A stretch of DNA of 32,000 nucleotides from Nostoc sp. PCC 7120 = FACHB-418 (GCF_000009705.1 NC_003272.1:4590001-4622000), one strand, 5' to 3'; numbered from the stretch's first letter, positions 1 through 9,593 are shown. Notes: generated by a model not told the origin, from the sequence alone. Numbers and translations are program-made.

Positions 1-1548
1 CGCATTATTGCTAGTCCCCCCAGTTGGGAGGACACTTTTTTACGGGACGTTTTAGCCGGGAGTGGGACTTACGGAACGATTAACCTCTCACCGATGCTGA
101 TGTTCACTCCTGAATCTAATGAGTCTGTGACAACTACAGATAATAAATCTGTGAATCCTTTTGTTCCATCCTCCACAGGTTTGGCTTCTTTTCAACCCCA
201 AACCAGTACGACAATGGAATTACTTCCTGTCAAAACTATCCCCAGCCACTTCAGCCAAGTTTATGAAGCCAGCGTGGATGATTTTCGGCGGGTATTTGGT
301 TGGGAAGACGACATCCAACGGAAAAACTTTTCCATTGGTAAACCTTTAGATATGGATGTCCCTGTTTGTATTGATTTAAACCGTTTTGTTGAACGTAGTA
401 ACGGGGTATTTGGTAAATCGGGTACGGGTAAATCTTTCCTTACACGCTTACTCTTAGCTGGGGTAATTCGCAAGAATGCGGCGGTTAACTTGATTTTTGA
501 TATGCACTCCGAGTATGGCTGGGAAGCAGTAGCGGAAGGAAAAAACGTCAACACCGTTAAGGGACTCAAGCAACTGTTTCCGGGAAGAGTCGAAGTATAT
601 ACCCTCGACCCGGAATCAAGCAAGCGCCGGGGTGTAAGAGATTCCCATGAACTATATTTGAGTTATGAGCAAATCGAAGTCGAAGATGTGAAATTATGTA
701 GTCGAGATTTAGGCTTATCGGAAGCAGCCTTAGATAATGCCAACATTTTATATAGTGAGTTCGGCAAATCTTGGATTGTCCAATTGCTGAATATGACTAA
801 TGAAGAAATTGAGATGTTTTGTGACGAGAAGCGGGGACACAAAGGCTCAATTATGGCGTTACAGCGTAAACTCTTACGCTTAGATGGTCTTAAGTATATG
901 CGGGCAGTTTGCCCCCAAAATTATATTAATAACATTTTACAATCTTTAGAAGCCGGCAAAAATGTCGTTATAGAATTTGGTTCCCAGTCGAATATGCTCT
1001 CCTATATGCTGGTGACTAACATGATCACCAGACGGATTCATGAGCATTACGTCCGCAAAGCTGATAAGTTCCTACAAAGTAAAAATCCCAGCGATCGCCC
1101 AACGCCATTAATGATTACAATAGAAGAAGCGCATCGCTTCCTAGACCCAGCGATCGTTCAAAGCACTATATTCGGCACAATTGCCCGTGAACTGCGTAAA
1201 TATTTCGTAACCCTTTTGGTAGTTGATCAACGACCTTCAGGCATAGATAATGAAGTTATGTCCCAAATTGGGACACGCATCACCGCCCTACTGAATGACG
1301 ACAAAGACATTGATGCCATCTTCACCGGGGTATCAGGGGCTGGTGGTCTCAGATCAGTGTTAGCCAAGCTAGACTCCAAGCAACAAGCTTTGATTTTAGG
1401 TCATGCCGTACCTATGCCCGTGGTAGTCAGAACCCGTCCCTATGATTCAACCTTTTACGCAGAAATTGGTGATACAGCCTGGGAAGAAAAACCAGACGCA
1501 GAAGTATTCGCGGCTGCTGAACTAGCCAAAGCCGATTTGGGATTTTAG
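1..1548 (+). CDS. HerA/FtsK-superfamily (DUF87-type) P-loop ATPase; the 5' end probably lies upstream of the window
   Basis: The ORF track gives 94..1548, but frame 1 has no stop between base 1 and the ATG at 94, so the CDS may enter from the left edge. Motifs: Walker A GVFGKSGTGKS, Walker B-like ITIEEAHRF, and VVDQRPSGID typical of HerA-type ATPases. Confidence 0.75.
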   Translation, partial: RIIASPPSWEDTFLRDVLAGSGTYGTINLSPMLMFTPESNESVTTTDNKSVNPFVPSSTGLASFQPQTSTTMELLPVKTIPSHFSQVYEASVDDFRRVFGWEDDIQRKNFSIGKPLDMDVPVCIDLNRFVERSNGVFGKSGTGKSFLTRLLLAGVIRKNAAVNLIFDMHSEYGWEAVAEGKNVNTVKGLKQLFPGRVEVYTLDPESSKRRGVRDSHELYLSYEQIEVEDVKLCSRDLGLSEAALDNANILYSEFGKSWIVQLLNMTNEEIEMFCDEKRGHKGSIMALQRKLLRLDGLKYMRAVCPQNYINNILQSLEAGKNVVIEFGSQSNMLSYMLVTNMITRRIHEHYVRKADKFLQSKNPSDRPTPLMITIEEAHRFLDPAIVQSTIFGTIARELRKYFVTLLVVDQRPSGIDNEVMSQIGTRITALLNDDKDIDAIFTGVSGAGGLRSVLAKLDSKQQALILGHAVPMPVVVRTRPYDSTFYAEIGDTAWEEKPDAEVFAAAELAKADLGF

Positions 1549-1556
1549 TGTGAGAA

Positions 1557-1622
1557 GTAGGGAGCAGGGATGCAGGGGGTGCAGGGGAAGACAACTAACA
1601 ACTGACAACCGACAACTAACTA
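1557..1622. repeat. STRR-type heptamer arrays (GCAGGGG-like x3, then ACAACTN x4)
   Basis: Tandem 7-nt periodicity read directly just after the stop at 1548. This repeat class is typical of heterocystous cyanobacteria. Confidence 0.7.
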
Positions 1623-2102
1623 CGTAAGTAGTAAAGTCTTACCCCATACAGTTCGGTTATCTCCCTACTGGCAGGCAACAGAAGAGGGAGTTTTCGCGTC
1701 ACTATAGGTATAGTTAGCTTTTCTAAGGAACTTAAAAATCTTTTTATAAAAAAAGCAATTTTACACTATAATCCATATCCTTCTTTTGGCTACTTTACTA
1801 TCCACCTGATTTGTCTTAATATAAAACTAAGTGGAACTCATGCTGACTTCGTATTGAACAGTTGCTGCCAGTAACTGAAATAGAGAAAGAATTCTGGAAA
1901 ATCAACCACTGTGCTTGTAAGACATTAAAACATTGTCGGATGGTAGGGGAACCTATCTCAAGGCAGCGCCTTCTAGAAAACGGATACATAACATTGTTTA
2001 AGTTTGGTAGCGCCTTGAGTTCTGTGAGATGCGGACGATGTTTACTAGCTAAATTTGTTACTCAATATTGATTGTGTTTACGGAGTAGAGGACAACGCAC
2101 CA

Positions 2103-3086
2103 ATGCCTACTGTTAACACCCACACAGAAGACACAAACACCAAATTCACGGCTGATATGGTGCGAACCTATCTGCGCGAAATTGGTCGTGTACCCCTGCT
2201 CACCCGTGAGCAAGAGATTGTTTACGGGAAGCAGGTGCAGCAAATGATGTCGCTGATTGACGCTAAAGAGGCTTTAGCGAAAAAGTTGGATCGGGAACCG
2301 AGTTTACCAGAGTGGGCTGACCACGTTCAAAAGTCTGAAACAGAGGTGAAACAGACTGTAACTCAGGGTAAGCGAGCCAAGCAAAAAATGATTGAAGCGA
2401 ACCTGCGTTTGGTAGTGGCGATTGCCAAGAAATACCAAAAGCGGAATATGGAGTTCCTGGATTTAATCCAAGAAGGAACTCTAGGACTAGAAAGAGGCGT
2501 AGAGAAATTTGACCCAATGAGGGGTTATAAATTTTCAACCTACGCTTACTGGTGGATTCGCCAAGCGATTACCCGTGCGATCGCTCAACAAGGTCGGACT
2601 ATCAGGCTACCTATCCATATTACCGAGAAACTGAACAAAATCAAAAAAGTTCAGCGCGAACTGGCTCAAACTTTGGGGCGTTCTCCATCACCGGCAGAAA
2701 TCGCCAAAGAACTAGAACTAGAACCTGCTCAGATTCGTGAGTATCTAAACATGGCGCGTCAACCAGTTTCTCTAGATGTGAAAGTTGGTGACAACCAGGA
2801 TACAGAACTGCAAGAAATGCTCGAAGATGATGGGCCATCCCCTGAGTATTACACCACTCAAGAATTCTTGCGCCAAGACCTGAATACCCTCTTGGCAGAA
2901 CTCACACCCCAACAGCGAGAAGTCGTAGCCTTACGCTTTGGTTTGTTAGACGGTAACGAATTATCCTTGGCGAAAGTCGGTGAACGATTGAACCTCAGTC
3001 GTGAACGCGTCCGCCAATTAGAACATCAAGCACTAGCTCATCTGCGTCGCCGTCGAGCCAATGTTAAAGAATACGTCGCTAGCTAA
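2103..3086 (+). CDS. sigB2: Group-2 RpoD-family RNA polymerase sigma factor
   Basis: Motifs: [12 protein letters not shown], region 2 [14 protein letters not shown], region 4.2 LSRERVRQLE. The ORF opens at 2055, but ATG 2103 (MPTVNTH...) is the more plausible start. The symbol rests only on synteny recalled from PCC 7120 (alr3800). Confidence 0.85.
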   Translation: MPTVNTHTEDTNTKFTADMVRTYLREIGRVPLLTREQEIVYGKQVQQMMSLIDAKEALAKKLDREPSLPEWADHVQKSETEVKQTVTQGKRAKQKMIEANLRLVVAIAKKYQKRNMEFLDLIQEGTLGLERGVEKFDPMRGYKFSTYAYWWIRQAITRAIAQQGRTIRLPIHITEKLNKIKKVQRELAQTLGRSPSPAEIAKELELEPAQIREYLNMARQPVSLDVKVGDNQDTELQEMLEDDGPSPEYYTTQEFLRQDLNTLLAELTPQQREVVALRFGLLDGNELSLAKVGERLNLSRERVRQLEHQALAHLRRRRANVKEYVAS

Positions 3087-3127
3087 ATTATCAAGACGTA
3101 GCGGTGCTACGTCTGTGCAAATCCCAG

Positions 3128-3162
3128 CGCCTCCTGAACTCACTCAGGGGGCGATTTTTTTT
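3128..3162 (+). terminator. Rho-independent terminator of the sigma-factor gene
   Basis: Stem CGCCTCCTGA (3128-3137) pairs with TCAGGGGGCG (3144-3153) with one mismatch, followed by a T8 run at 3155-3162. A second perfect 8-bp hairpin lies at 3094-3114. Confidence 0.8.
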
Positions 3163-3163
3163 A

Positions 3164-3275
3164 TGGGTGTGTGGGTTTAGGGGTTTAGGGGGTATAAATG
3201 CTAGCAACCCTTACACCCTTACACCCTCACACCCTCACACCCAGTCTCAACAAATAACCTGAGTGAGTAAGTCCT
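3164..3275. repeat. Inverted heptamer arrays (GGGTTTA/GGGGTAT facing CCTTACA/CCCTCAC) plus a conserved tail
   Basis: G-rich heptamers face C-rich heptamers across a short loop. The tail CAACAAATAACCTGAGTGAGTAAGTCCT (3247-3275) recurs nearly unchanged at 7261-7289. Confidence 0.65.
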
Positions 3276-3740
3276 ATTTTGAGAACCGACAAAAACATTT
3301 TGATGCCCCAAAGGCTTGTCCTGTCTTGATTCTTAATTTTGAATTTTGTTGACGAAGTCTTACCGTAGGCTATGAGTGAATTTTGAATTGGTATGACTTT
3401 TCCGAAATGAAAATACTTGCTGTTGTATATCTCTATGTACCTAGCAAGATGAATTTCTCTGACCGAGAAATGTCACAGCAAGACTTTAATCTTTATCGAT
3501 GATTAAATTGCAGTTTACATCACCTATTAGGATGAATCTGCTGGGGGAAGCAAAAGTTTCATAATCACTGATAGTTTAAGATCACTTGCGAAAAAATCTA
3601 GAAAACCTGAGTTTTTAAAAAATATTTTTTCTAGAGACTATATATCAAACCTTTGACCGAGACTTAAAGGTTGCAAATTTACTTATGGTTTAAGACAAGT
3701 TGCCGAGGCAGTCGTATAAGTTTGTCACAGGAGGAGTCGG

Positions 3741-4382
3741 GTGCTTAACAATATTTCTAAATTTTCACCATTGCGTCAGTTAAGAATTCCCGCGATTGGT
3801 CTGCTTTTTACTCTTTCCATCGTGGGCGCAGAAATCAGTCCTGTACAGAGTAAGGAAGTATCGGTACCTACTTCTACAACCCTATCGACGCATGACGAGC
3901 CACATAGTTCCCTGACTCCTCGTCTGATGAGCTTAACCCCAGTTAGTGAAGAGAAAGAAAGCGTTTTAGCACAGACAAAGAATCAGAAAGCCGAAAAAGA
4001 AACAGCGATCGCGCCGAAATTTAGTTTACCAAAAAAAGATGGCATTTATCTTTATGGTCAATCGCCACAACCAGACCAAATAGGACAAGGTTATGTTCTG
4101 TTTAAAAAACAGCAAGGTAGACTAGTAGGCGCATTGTATATGCCTAATTCTGAGTTTAGTTGTTTTCAAGGCAAACTTGATACATCTGGAGAGTTGGCAA
4201 TGACTGTTACAGCCACACCAGATGCTGGTATTTCACCTGAAGTAGCTACAGCTAGTACATTACCCAAATTTTCTGAAGATGCGCCAATGAGCTATGCTTA
4301 CTCTCTAGCATTGCAAGATTATCATCCCATCAATAGAATAAGTCCTGGCGATCGCCGCATTCTGCAAATGTGTAGTCAATAG
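3741..4382 (+). CDS. Hypothetical secreted protein (N-terminal signal peptide)
   Basis: GTG start with AGGAGG 6 nt upstream (3729-3734). Hydrophobic N-terminus LRIPAIGLLFTLSIVGAEI. No recognisable catalytic motif. Confidence 0.7.
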   Translation: MLNNISKFSPLRQLRIPAIGLLFTLSIVGAEISPVQSKEVSVPTSTTLSTHDEPHSSLTPRLMSLTPVSEEKESVLAQTKNQKAEKETAIAPKFSLPKKDGIYLYGQSPQPDQIGQGYVLFKKQQGRLVGALYMPNSEFSCFQGKLDTSGELAMTVTATPDAGISPEVATASTLPKFSEDAPMSYAYSLALQDYHPINRISPGDRRILQMCSQ

Positions 4383-4397
4383 AGACATTGTACACAA

Positions 4398-5090
4398 CTA
4401 ATACTCAATCCCTGGTTGTGCCTTAACGTTTTGATCACGGAAAGGATGCTTAATCAGGGTCATTTCTGTAACTAGGTCTGCGCGTTCAATGAGGGCGGCT
4501 GGTGCGCCTCTACCTGTGAGAATTACGTGTTTACTAGCGGGTTTACGTGCCAAGCCTGCCAGAACCTCATCTATGCTTAAATAGCCCATTTTCAGGGCAA
4601 TATTAATTTCGTCTAGTAGGACTAACTGGTACTGGGGGTCAAGGATGAATTCTAATGATTTTTCCCATGCGGCTTGAGCTTTGTCAATGTCGCGATCGCG
4701 GTCTTGGGTGTCCCAAGTGAAACCTTCTCCCATTGCGTGAAACTCGATTTGGTCTTCCCAATAGCTAAATACGCTTTTTTCTGAAGGTTCCCAAGCACCC
4801 TTGATGAACTGGACGATCGCTACTTTATACCCATGACCGAGCGATCGTAATACCATACCTAGTGCTGCGGTGGTTTTGCCTTTACCGTTACCAGTATTAA
4901 CAATAATTAACCCTTTTTCTGGCACAGCTTGAGATATGCGGCGCTCCTGTACTTCCTTGCGGCGCTGCATTTTGGTGCGGTATTGTTCATCAGAAAGGTT
5001 TTGGGTTGATGCCATTATTTCATCAATGAGACGCTCAATTTCCTTATCTGATTCTAATGCTTCTGGTGTATCGCTTGTCATCAAATTCAT
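4398..5090 (-). CDS. cobO: Cob(I)yrinic acid a,c-diamide adenosyltransferase (CobA/CobO/BtuR family)
   Basis: Family hallmark NTGNGKGKTTAALG P-loop and VQFIKG motif. The ~50-aa charged N-terminal extension is common in cyanobacterial copies. Confidence 0.85.
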   Translation of the reverse strand: MNLMTSDTPEALESDKEIERLIDEIMASTQNLSDEQYRTKMQRRKEVQERRISQAVPEKGLIIVNTGNGKGKTTAALGMVLRSLGHGYKVAIVQFIKGAWEPSEKSVFSYWEDQIEFHAMGEGFTWDTQDRDRDIDKAQAAWEKSLEFILDPQYQLVLLDEINIALKMGYLSIDEVLAGLARKPASKHVILTGRGAPAALIERADLVTEMTLIKHPFRDQNVKAQPGIEY

Positions 5091-5365
5091 CAGGAAATAC
5101 AGAAAATAAATGTTACAACGAACAAACCCAAGAAAAACTTGTGGTTAGATTGATGAGAAGTTGAGGGGAATCTGGCAGAGAAAATAAAAAGAGTTGGTGA
5201 AAAAGACTAATGTTTTCACCTATTGAGTTTGATACTTGACTAAATCTTCTTCTATGAACAATGTTGCGCGAATGATTTAGCGTTGTAATGTGTATAAAAA
5301 TATATCTAGTAAATCTCTCTAATTGCTTTCTAGCACGCAATTTATACAGTCTTTAGGTTGTGGTT

Positions 5366-5755
5366 ATGTCCAGTTCAGTTACGCTACAGAACATTGATAA
5401 TGTACTCACTTTTTTAACATTATTTTCCAGTCAAAATTGCCAACTATATGACATACAAACTGAACCTTTAACCTTAGACCCTTACTACTATTCTAAGGAA
5501 TTTAATAGATTCATAACAGCACTTTACGCAGGAAATTTTGTCATATCTTTTGATTGGACAAATTGGCAGGATGAGGCTAATCGTTTTGTAACTAATCCGG
5601 AACTATTAAATTTAGCTGATATTTCTACAATACAGAAATTATTGACTAGCCACGTTCGTAAAGAACGTTTTTGTAGTGGTCATCTAGCGCAAATGATAGA
5701 TAATGGTCATTTGTTGACAATATTGCAGCGACTACAAGCAATTCGCATAAGCTAA
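5366..5755 (+). CDS. Hypothetical protein, about 130 aa
   Basis: Clean ORF. GTG 5360 or ATG 5366 are both possible starts. No motif I can assign with confidence. Confidence 0.55.
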   Translation: MSSSVTLQNIDNVLTFLTLFSSQNCQLYDIQTEPLTLDPYYYSKEFNRFITALYAGNFVISFDWTNWQDEANRFVTNPELLNLADISTIQKLLTSHVRKERFCSGHLAQMIDNGHLLTILQRLQAIRIS

Positions 5756-5787
5756 TGCACGTCTAAATTGCATAACTACGAATAAGG

Positions 5788-5819
5788 GCTGTTGACTGTC
5801 AACGGTCAACAGTCATCAC
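5788..5819. repeat. STRR heptamer array (CAACAGT/CTGTTGA type)
   Basis: GCTGTTGACTGTCAACGGTCAACAGTCATCAC, with 7-nt periodicity and an internal palindrome. Confidence 0.7.
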
Positions 5820-5964
5820 TATGGATTGTGCAAGTTAAAAAAAATTCGTAGTTTTCCTATGTTCTGCACAAAGCGCGTACGATTCGTACATTCAGGGGAT
5901 GCGAGAAATTGCTGAAACATAGTTAACATTAGATTCGGCAAGGTTACGATTCGGGAGTCTGAAA

Positions 5965-7116
5965 ATGGCAAAACATTTGGGTAAGAAAATTGCACCTATA
6001 CCGATGTCAACCGATATCAGTGTGGTGGATTTGATTGATAATTACTTCACCGCCTACAACTCGGCGCGTTTACGGGAAGCCAGCCAATTGTTGGCTTGTG
6101 ATATCCTCAAAGATGGTGTAACTGTTGGTGTGAGTCTTTCTGGTGCGATGACACCTGCTGGTTTTGGGGTGTCTGCACTTGCACCCCTAATTCGCAATGG
6201 CTTTATTGATTGGATGATTAGCACTGGTGCAAATCTTTACCATGATATGCACTATGGGTTAGGTTTTGAGTTGTTCGCCGGGAACCCGTTTTTAGATGAT
6301 GTCAAGCTGCGTGAAGAAGGAACTATCAGGATTTACGACATCATCTTTGGTTATGATGTCCTGCTAGAAACTGATGCTTTCATCCGCAAGATTTTGCAAG
6401 CAGAACCCTTTCAAAAACGGATGGGAACGGCGGAGTTTCATTATTTGTTGGGTAAGTATGTGAGGGAAGTTGAAAAGCAATTAGGGGTGAAACATTCCTG
6501 CTTGCTGGCTACAGCTTATGAGTATGGTGTACCCATTTACACCTCTTCCCCTGGTGACAGTTCCATCGGGATGAACGTAGCGGCGTTAGCGTTAGAAGGT
6601 TCACAACTGATATTAGATCCAGCCATTGACGTGAACGAAACAGCTGCGATCGCCTACAATGCCAGAGAAGGAGAAGGCAAAAGCGCGGCTGTAATTCTCG
6701 GTGGTGGTAGTCCGAAAAACTTTTTGCTACAAACCCAACCGCAAATTCACGAGGTTTTGGGTTTAGAAGAACGGGGACATGATTTCTTCGTTCAATTCAC
6801 AGATGCGCGTCCTGATACTGGTGGCTTATCTGGGGCGACACCAGCAGAGGCAGTAAGCTGGGGTAAGATCGACCCAGACGAACTACCCAGCACCATTGTT
6901 TGTTACACAGATAGCACGATCGCCTTACCTTTGGTAACAGCATACGTCCTCAACCAATGTCCGCCCCGTCCCCTGAAGCGGTTGTATGACAGACGCGAAG
7001 AACTATACGATAAACTCCGCACAGACTACCTAGCGGCGAAAGATAAACCAGTAGAAAAAGTAGCAACTAATGGAGAAGTTGCTACTTATCCCTGCGGTAC
7101 ACCTATTAGGCAATAG
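5965..7116 (+). CDS. speY: Deoxyhypusine synthase-like protein (probable homospermidine synthase)
   Basis: 383 aa with a DHS-family look ([44 protein letters not shown]). The symbol comes from recalled Anabaena work on a DHS-like homospermidine synthase and from synteny, so it is tentative. Confidence 0.8.
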   Translation: MAKHLGKKIAPIPMSTDISVVDLIDNYFTAYNSARLREASQLLACDILKDGVTVGVSLSGAMTPAGFGVSALAPLIRNGFIDWMISTGANLYHDMHYGLGFELFAGNPFLDDVKLREEGTIRIYDIIFGYDVLLETDAFIRKILQAEPFQKRMGTAEFHYLLGKYVREVEKQLGVKHSCLLATAYEYGVPIYTSSPGDSSIGMNVAALALEGSQLILDPAIDVNETAAIAYNAREGEGKSAAVILGGGSPKNFLLQTQPQIHEVLGLEERGHDFFVQFTDARPDTGGLSGATPAEAVSWGKIDPDELPSTIVCYTDSTIALPLVTAYVLNQCPPRPLKRLYDRREELYDKLRTDYLAAKDKPVEKVATNGEVATYPCGTPIRQ

Positions 7117-7138
7117 TAGGGAGTAGGAAGTAGGAAGT

Positions 7139-7289
7139 AGGACTTACGCAGTGATACGAAGAATCAAGGGTTTGGGCGAGGGTATAGGGGTATAGGGGTG
7201 TAGGGGTGTAGGTGTTCAAAACCCTTACACACCTACACCCTCATACCCTTATACCCCTTCTGAACAAATAACCTCTGTGCGTAAGTCCT
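7139..7289. mobile_element. MITE-like 151-bp palindromic element inserted in a GTAGGRA heptamer array
   Basis: Perfect 12-bp terminal inverted repeats AGGACTTACGCA (7139-7150) and TGCGTAAGTCCT (7278-7289). Inside, inverted arrays GGGTATA/GGGGTGT face CCTACAC/CCTTATA. GTAGGRA heptamers sit on both sides (7115-7138 and 7290-7310). Confidence 0.5.
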
Positions 7290-7348
7290 GGGAAGTAGGG
7301 AGTGAGGAGTAAAAAATTGTTCTCTTACACCCTCACACCCCCAAACCC

Positions 7349-8044
7349 CTACACCCCTCCATATATCGGAATAGCCGCGCCGCGAATATCTTTGGCTTTT
7401 TCCGAGGCTAAAAAGCAGATTAATTCGCCAATAGACTCAGGCTTTACCCATTTGTCGGCATTTTCTGTACCCATTGCTTGACGGTTAGCGGGGGTATCAA
7501 TAACTGTGGGGAGGATAACATTAGCGGTGATGTTTGTACCTTTCGTTTCATCAGCGATCGCTTTTGTGAAAGCTACCACACCCGCCTTCGCCGCAGAATA
7601 GGCGGCTAATCCTCCGGATGGTTCCACAGCAGCCTTAGAACCGATAGTGATAATACGTCCGTAGCCGTGGTCTAACATACTTTTGAGGCTATATTTGCAA
7701 ACCAAAAAAGTTGTATTTAAATTGATCTCAAATTCTCGTTTCCAACTGTAATAACTGTACTCGTGAGTTTTGCCCATCGAAAAGCCACCCACAAGATGAA
7801 TTAATACATCTACCCTACCGATGCGGGTGATGAGATTATCAACAGAAGATTCTTCTTCCAAATTAGCGGGAAGAAAGTTAACTCTGGCAAAATCCGCCGG
7901 CGGGAGAACCTCTTTGAGGCGTTCAACTTCCTTGAGATTGCGGTAAGTAATGGTCAGATTTGCACCTTGGGCGAGGACGACTGGTGTGACTCCTAAACCT
8001 AGTCCACCAGTACCGCCTGTAAGTAGAACTTGTCTACCTTTCAT
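7349..8044 (-). CDS. Short-chain dehydrogenase/reductase (SDR) family oxidoreductase
   Basis: Motifs: LLTGGTGGLGLG (TGxxxGxG) and YSAAKAG (YxxxK). The ORF extends to 8104, but ATG 8044 (MKGRQVLLTGG) fits the SDR N-terminus. Confidence 0.85.
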   Translation of the reverse strand: MKGRQVLLTGGTGGLGLGVTPVVLAQGANLTITYRNLKEVERLKEVLPPADFARVNFLPANLEEESSVDNLITRIGRVDVLIHLVGGFSMGKTHEYSYYSWKREFEINLNTTFLVCKYSLKSMLDHGYGRIITIGSKAAVEPSGGLAAYSAAKAGVVAFTKAIADETKGTNITANVILPTVIDTPANRQAMGTENADKWVKPESIGELICFLASEKAKDIRGAAIPIYGGV

Positions 8045-8115
8045 GATGTATGAACTCCAGAGAGCTTCATGATTCAAGATAACGCGTGGGCGTATTGCTT
8101 GCATCGGAGTAAAAT

Positions 8116-8146
8116 TTAGGGGTGTAGGGGTTTAGGGGTGTAGGGG
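8116..8146. repeat. GGGGTGT/GGGGTTT heptamer array, inverted relative to 7323-7351
   Basis: TTAGGGGTGTAGGGGTTTAGGGGTGTAGGGG. Its complement-type array CTTACACCCTCACACCCCCAAACCCCTACACCCC lies at the other end of the SDR gene. Confidence 0.7.
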
Positions 8147-8240
8147 AATAATACTTACTTCCCCAGTCGCTTCTAGTTGGTACGGCGATCGCCTACAATT
8201 CTTAAGAGATGAATCTATATTAATTAACTAAACATCAAAT

Positions 8241-9593
8241 ATGACTACACTTAATTTTCAACGTGCTAACACTTTGAAATCAGCCTTTCAAGCTTGTAGT
8301 GTGGAACCCTTGGAAGGGGAAGATATTGAAAAATACTATGTTGATTTATCAGCAGTCCGTAAAACTTCAGCCGTTGATAATGTTAGTACAATTTTAGACT
8401 TTCAAGAACCTGCGGATTTCACCACGATTTTATTTACTGGACATCGTGGTTGTGGCAAAAGCACAGAGTTAAAACGAATCCAAAAGCTTTGGCAAGAAAA
8501 TTATCATGTGATTTATTTAGAAGTGAATGAAGAAACAGATATTAATGATGCTAGTTATACAGATTTATATTTAATAGTTATTAAACAAGTAGAATATGAA
8601 CTGAGAAAATTAGACTTAAGCTTTGATAAACAACTATTGCAAAGTTTTGAGTCTTGGTTTAAGGAAATTACGAAAGAAACTGAGGAAAGTGTAGAAAAAT
8701 CCGTCAGCATTGAGGGAGAAGCAACGCTACAGCCCCAAGCGCCATTTATTGCTAAATTAATGGTGAAATTGCTGGCTCAGATTAAAGGTTCTGATAAACA
8801 GAAAACTACAATTCGCCAAACATTAGAAAAGGACTTATCGCGCCTGAAGGCAGATATTAATTTATTACTGGGTGATGCTTACATTAAACTCAGAAAGAAA
8901 TTTCCCCAGTTTAAAGGCCTATTAGTTATCTTTGATAATTTAGACCGAGTTCCGCCTGCGGTTGCAGACCACTTATTTTTCGATTATGCGGCGCAGCTAC
9001 AAGAACTGCACTGTACAATTATTTATACAGTCCCAATTTCTATTCTTTGTTCACCCAAAAATCCCCTTTGTCAATTTGATGGGAATCCTCATATTGTACC
9101 AATGGTGAATATTTATGAATTTGAACGTGATGTCTGCCATTTAAATTACAATCAAGCTGGGCTAGATGCGGTTGCTAGTTTGATTGAGAAGCGAGTAGAT
9201 GTTGATGCTGTATTTACTTCTCGCCAAGAATTGCTAGAGTTAACTAAAGCTAGTGGTGGTCATGTCCGTCAATTGATGCAGATGATGCGGAGTGCTTGTC
9301 AAACTGCTAGCACTAAAAAACATCCAAAAATTACGGCTGAAGATGTGGAATATGCTATCAAACAACAGCAATTTGGGTTTGAGAGGTTTATCCCTGAAGA
9401 ACATTATCATTATTTAGCTCAAGTGTGCATCAATAAAGATGTGAGCAAAGATGAAATTGGTCAATTGATGCTGTTTAACACTTCAGTTTTAGAATATAAC
9501 GGCAATAAACGCTGGAATTACCCCAATCCCGTGGTAAAACAAAATGAGTTCTTCCAAAAAGCCCTCACAGCAGCCCTCGCAGATAAATCTTAG
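8241..9593 (+). CDS. Uncharacterised AAA+/STAND-like P-loop NTPase
   Basis: Walker A FTGHRGCGKSTEL, Walker B-like LLVIFDNLDRV, possible sensor GGHVRQL. A long charged insert separates Walker A and Walker B. Confidence 0.75.
   Translation: MTTLNFQRANTLKSAFQACSVEPLEGEDIEKYYVDLSAVRKTSAVDNVSTILDFQEPADFTTILFTGHRGCGKSTELKRIQKLWQENYHVIYLEVNEETDINDASYTDLYLIVIKQVEYELRKLDLSFDKQLLQSFESWFKEITKETEESVEKSVSIEGEATLQPQAPFIAKLMVKLLAQIKGSDKQKTTIRQTLEKDLSRLKADINLLLGDAYIKLRKKFPQFKGLLVIFDNLDRVPPAVADHLFFDYAAQLQELHCTIIYTVPISILCSPKNPLCQFDGNPHIVPMVNIYEFERDVCHLNYNQAGLDAVASLIEKRVDVDAVFTSRQELLELTKASGGHVRQLMQMMRSACQTASTKKHPKITAEDVEYAIKQQQFGFERFIPEEHYHYLAQVCINKDVSKDEIGQLMLFNTSVLEYNGNKRWNYPNPVVKQNEFFQKALTAALADKS

Noticed and set aside
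161-623. ORFs 161-349 (+) and 261-623 (-) overlapping the HerA-like gene. The same type of overlap occurs inside both sigma-factor genes, the calpain gene and the PEP-CTERM genes. The pair 26656-26958 and 27879-28181 are identical.
   Set aside because: They are alternative-frame or antisense shadows of well-supported genes. The two identical 100-aa antisense ORFs simply reflect the tandem gene duplication.
1862-2071. 69-aa ORF upstream of the first sigma-factor gene, and a 75-aa ORF at 5113-5340 (-)
   Set aside because: Neither has an RBS or a recognisable motif, and both lie in probable promoter or leader regions. They are treated as non-coding.
5091-5359. Possible cobalamin riboswitch upstream of cobO (minus strand)
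   Set aside because: The leader is AT-rich. I could not find a B12-box-like GC-rich core (AGYCMGG.GACC type) on the minus strand.
9544-9593. The 50-nt overlap, considered as proof of a frameshifted pseudogene
   Set aside because: Both ORFs are long and intact, and the downstream one has its own ATG. Overlap and translational coupling are equally plausible, so the pair is reported as two CDSs with the ambiguity flagged.
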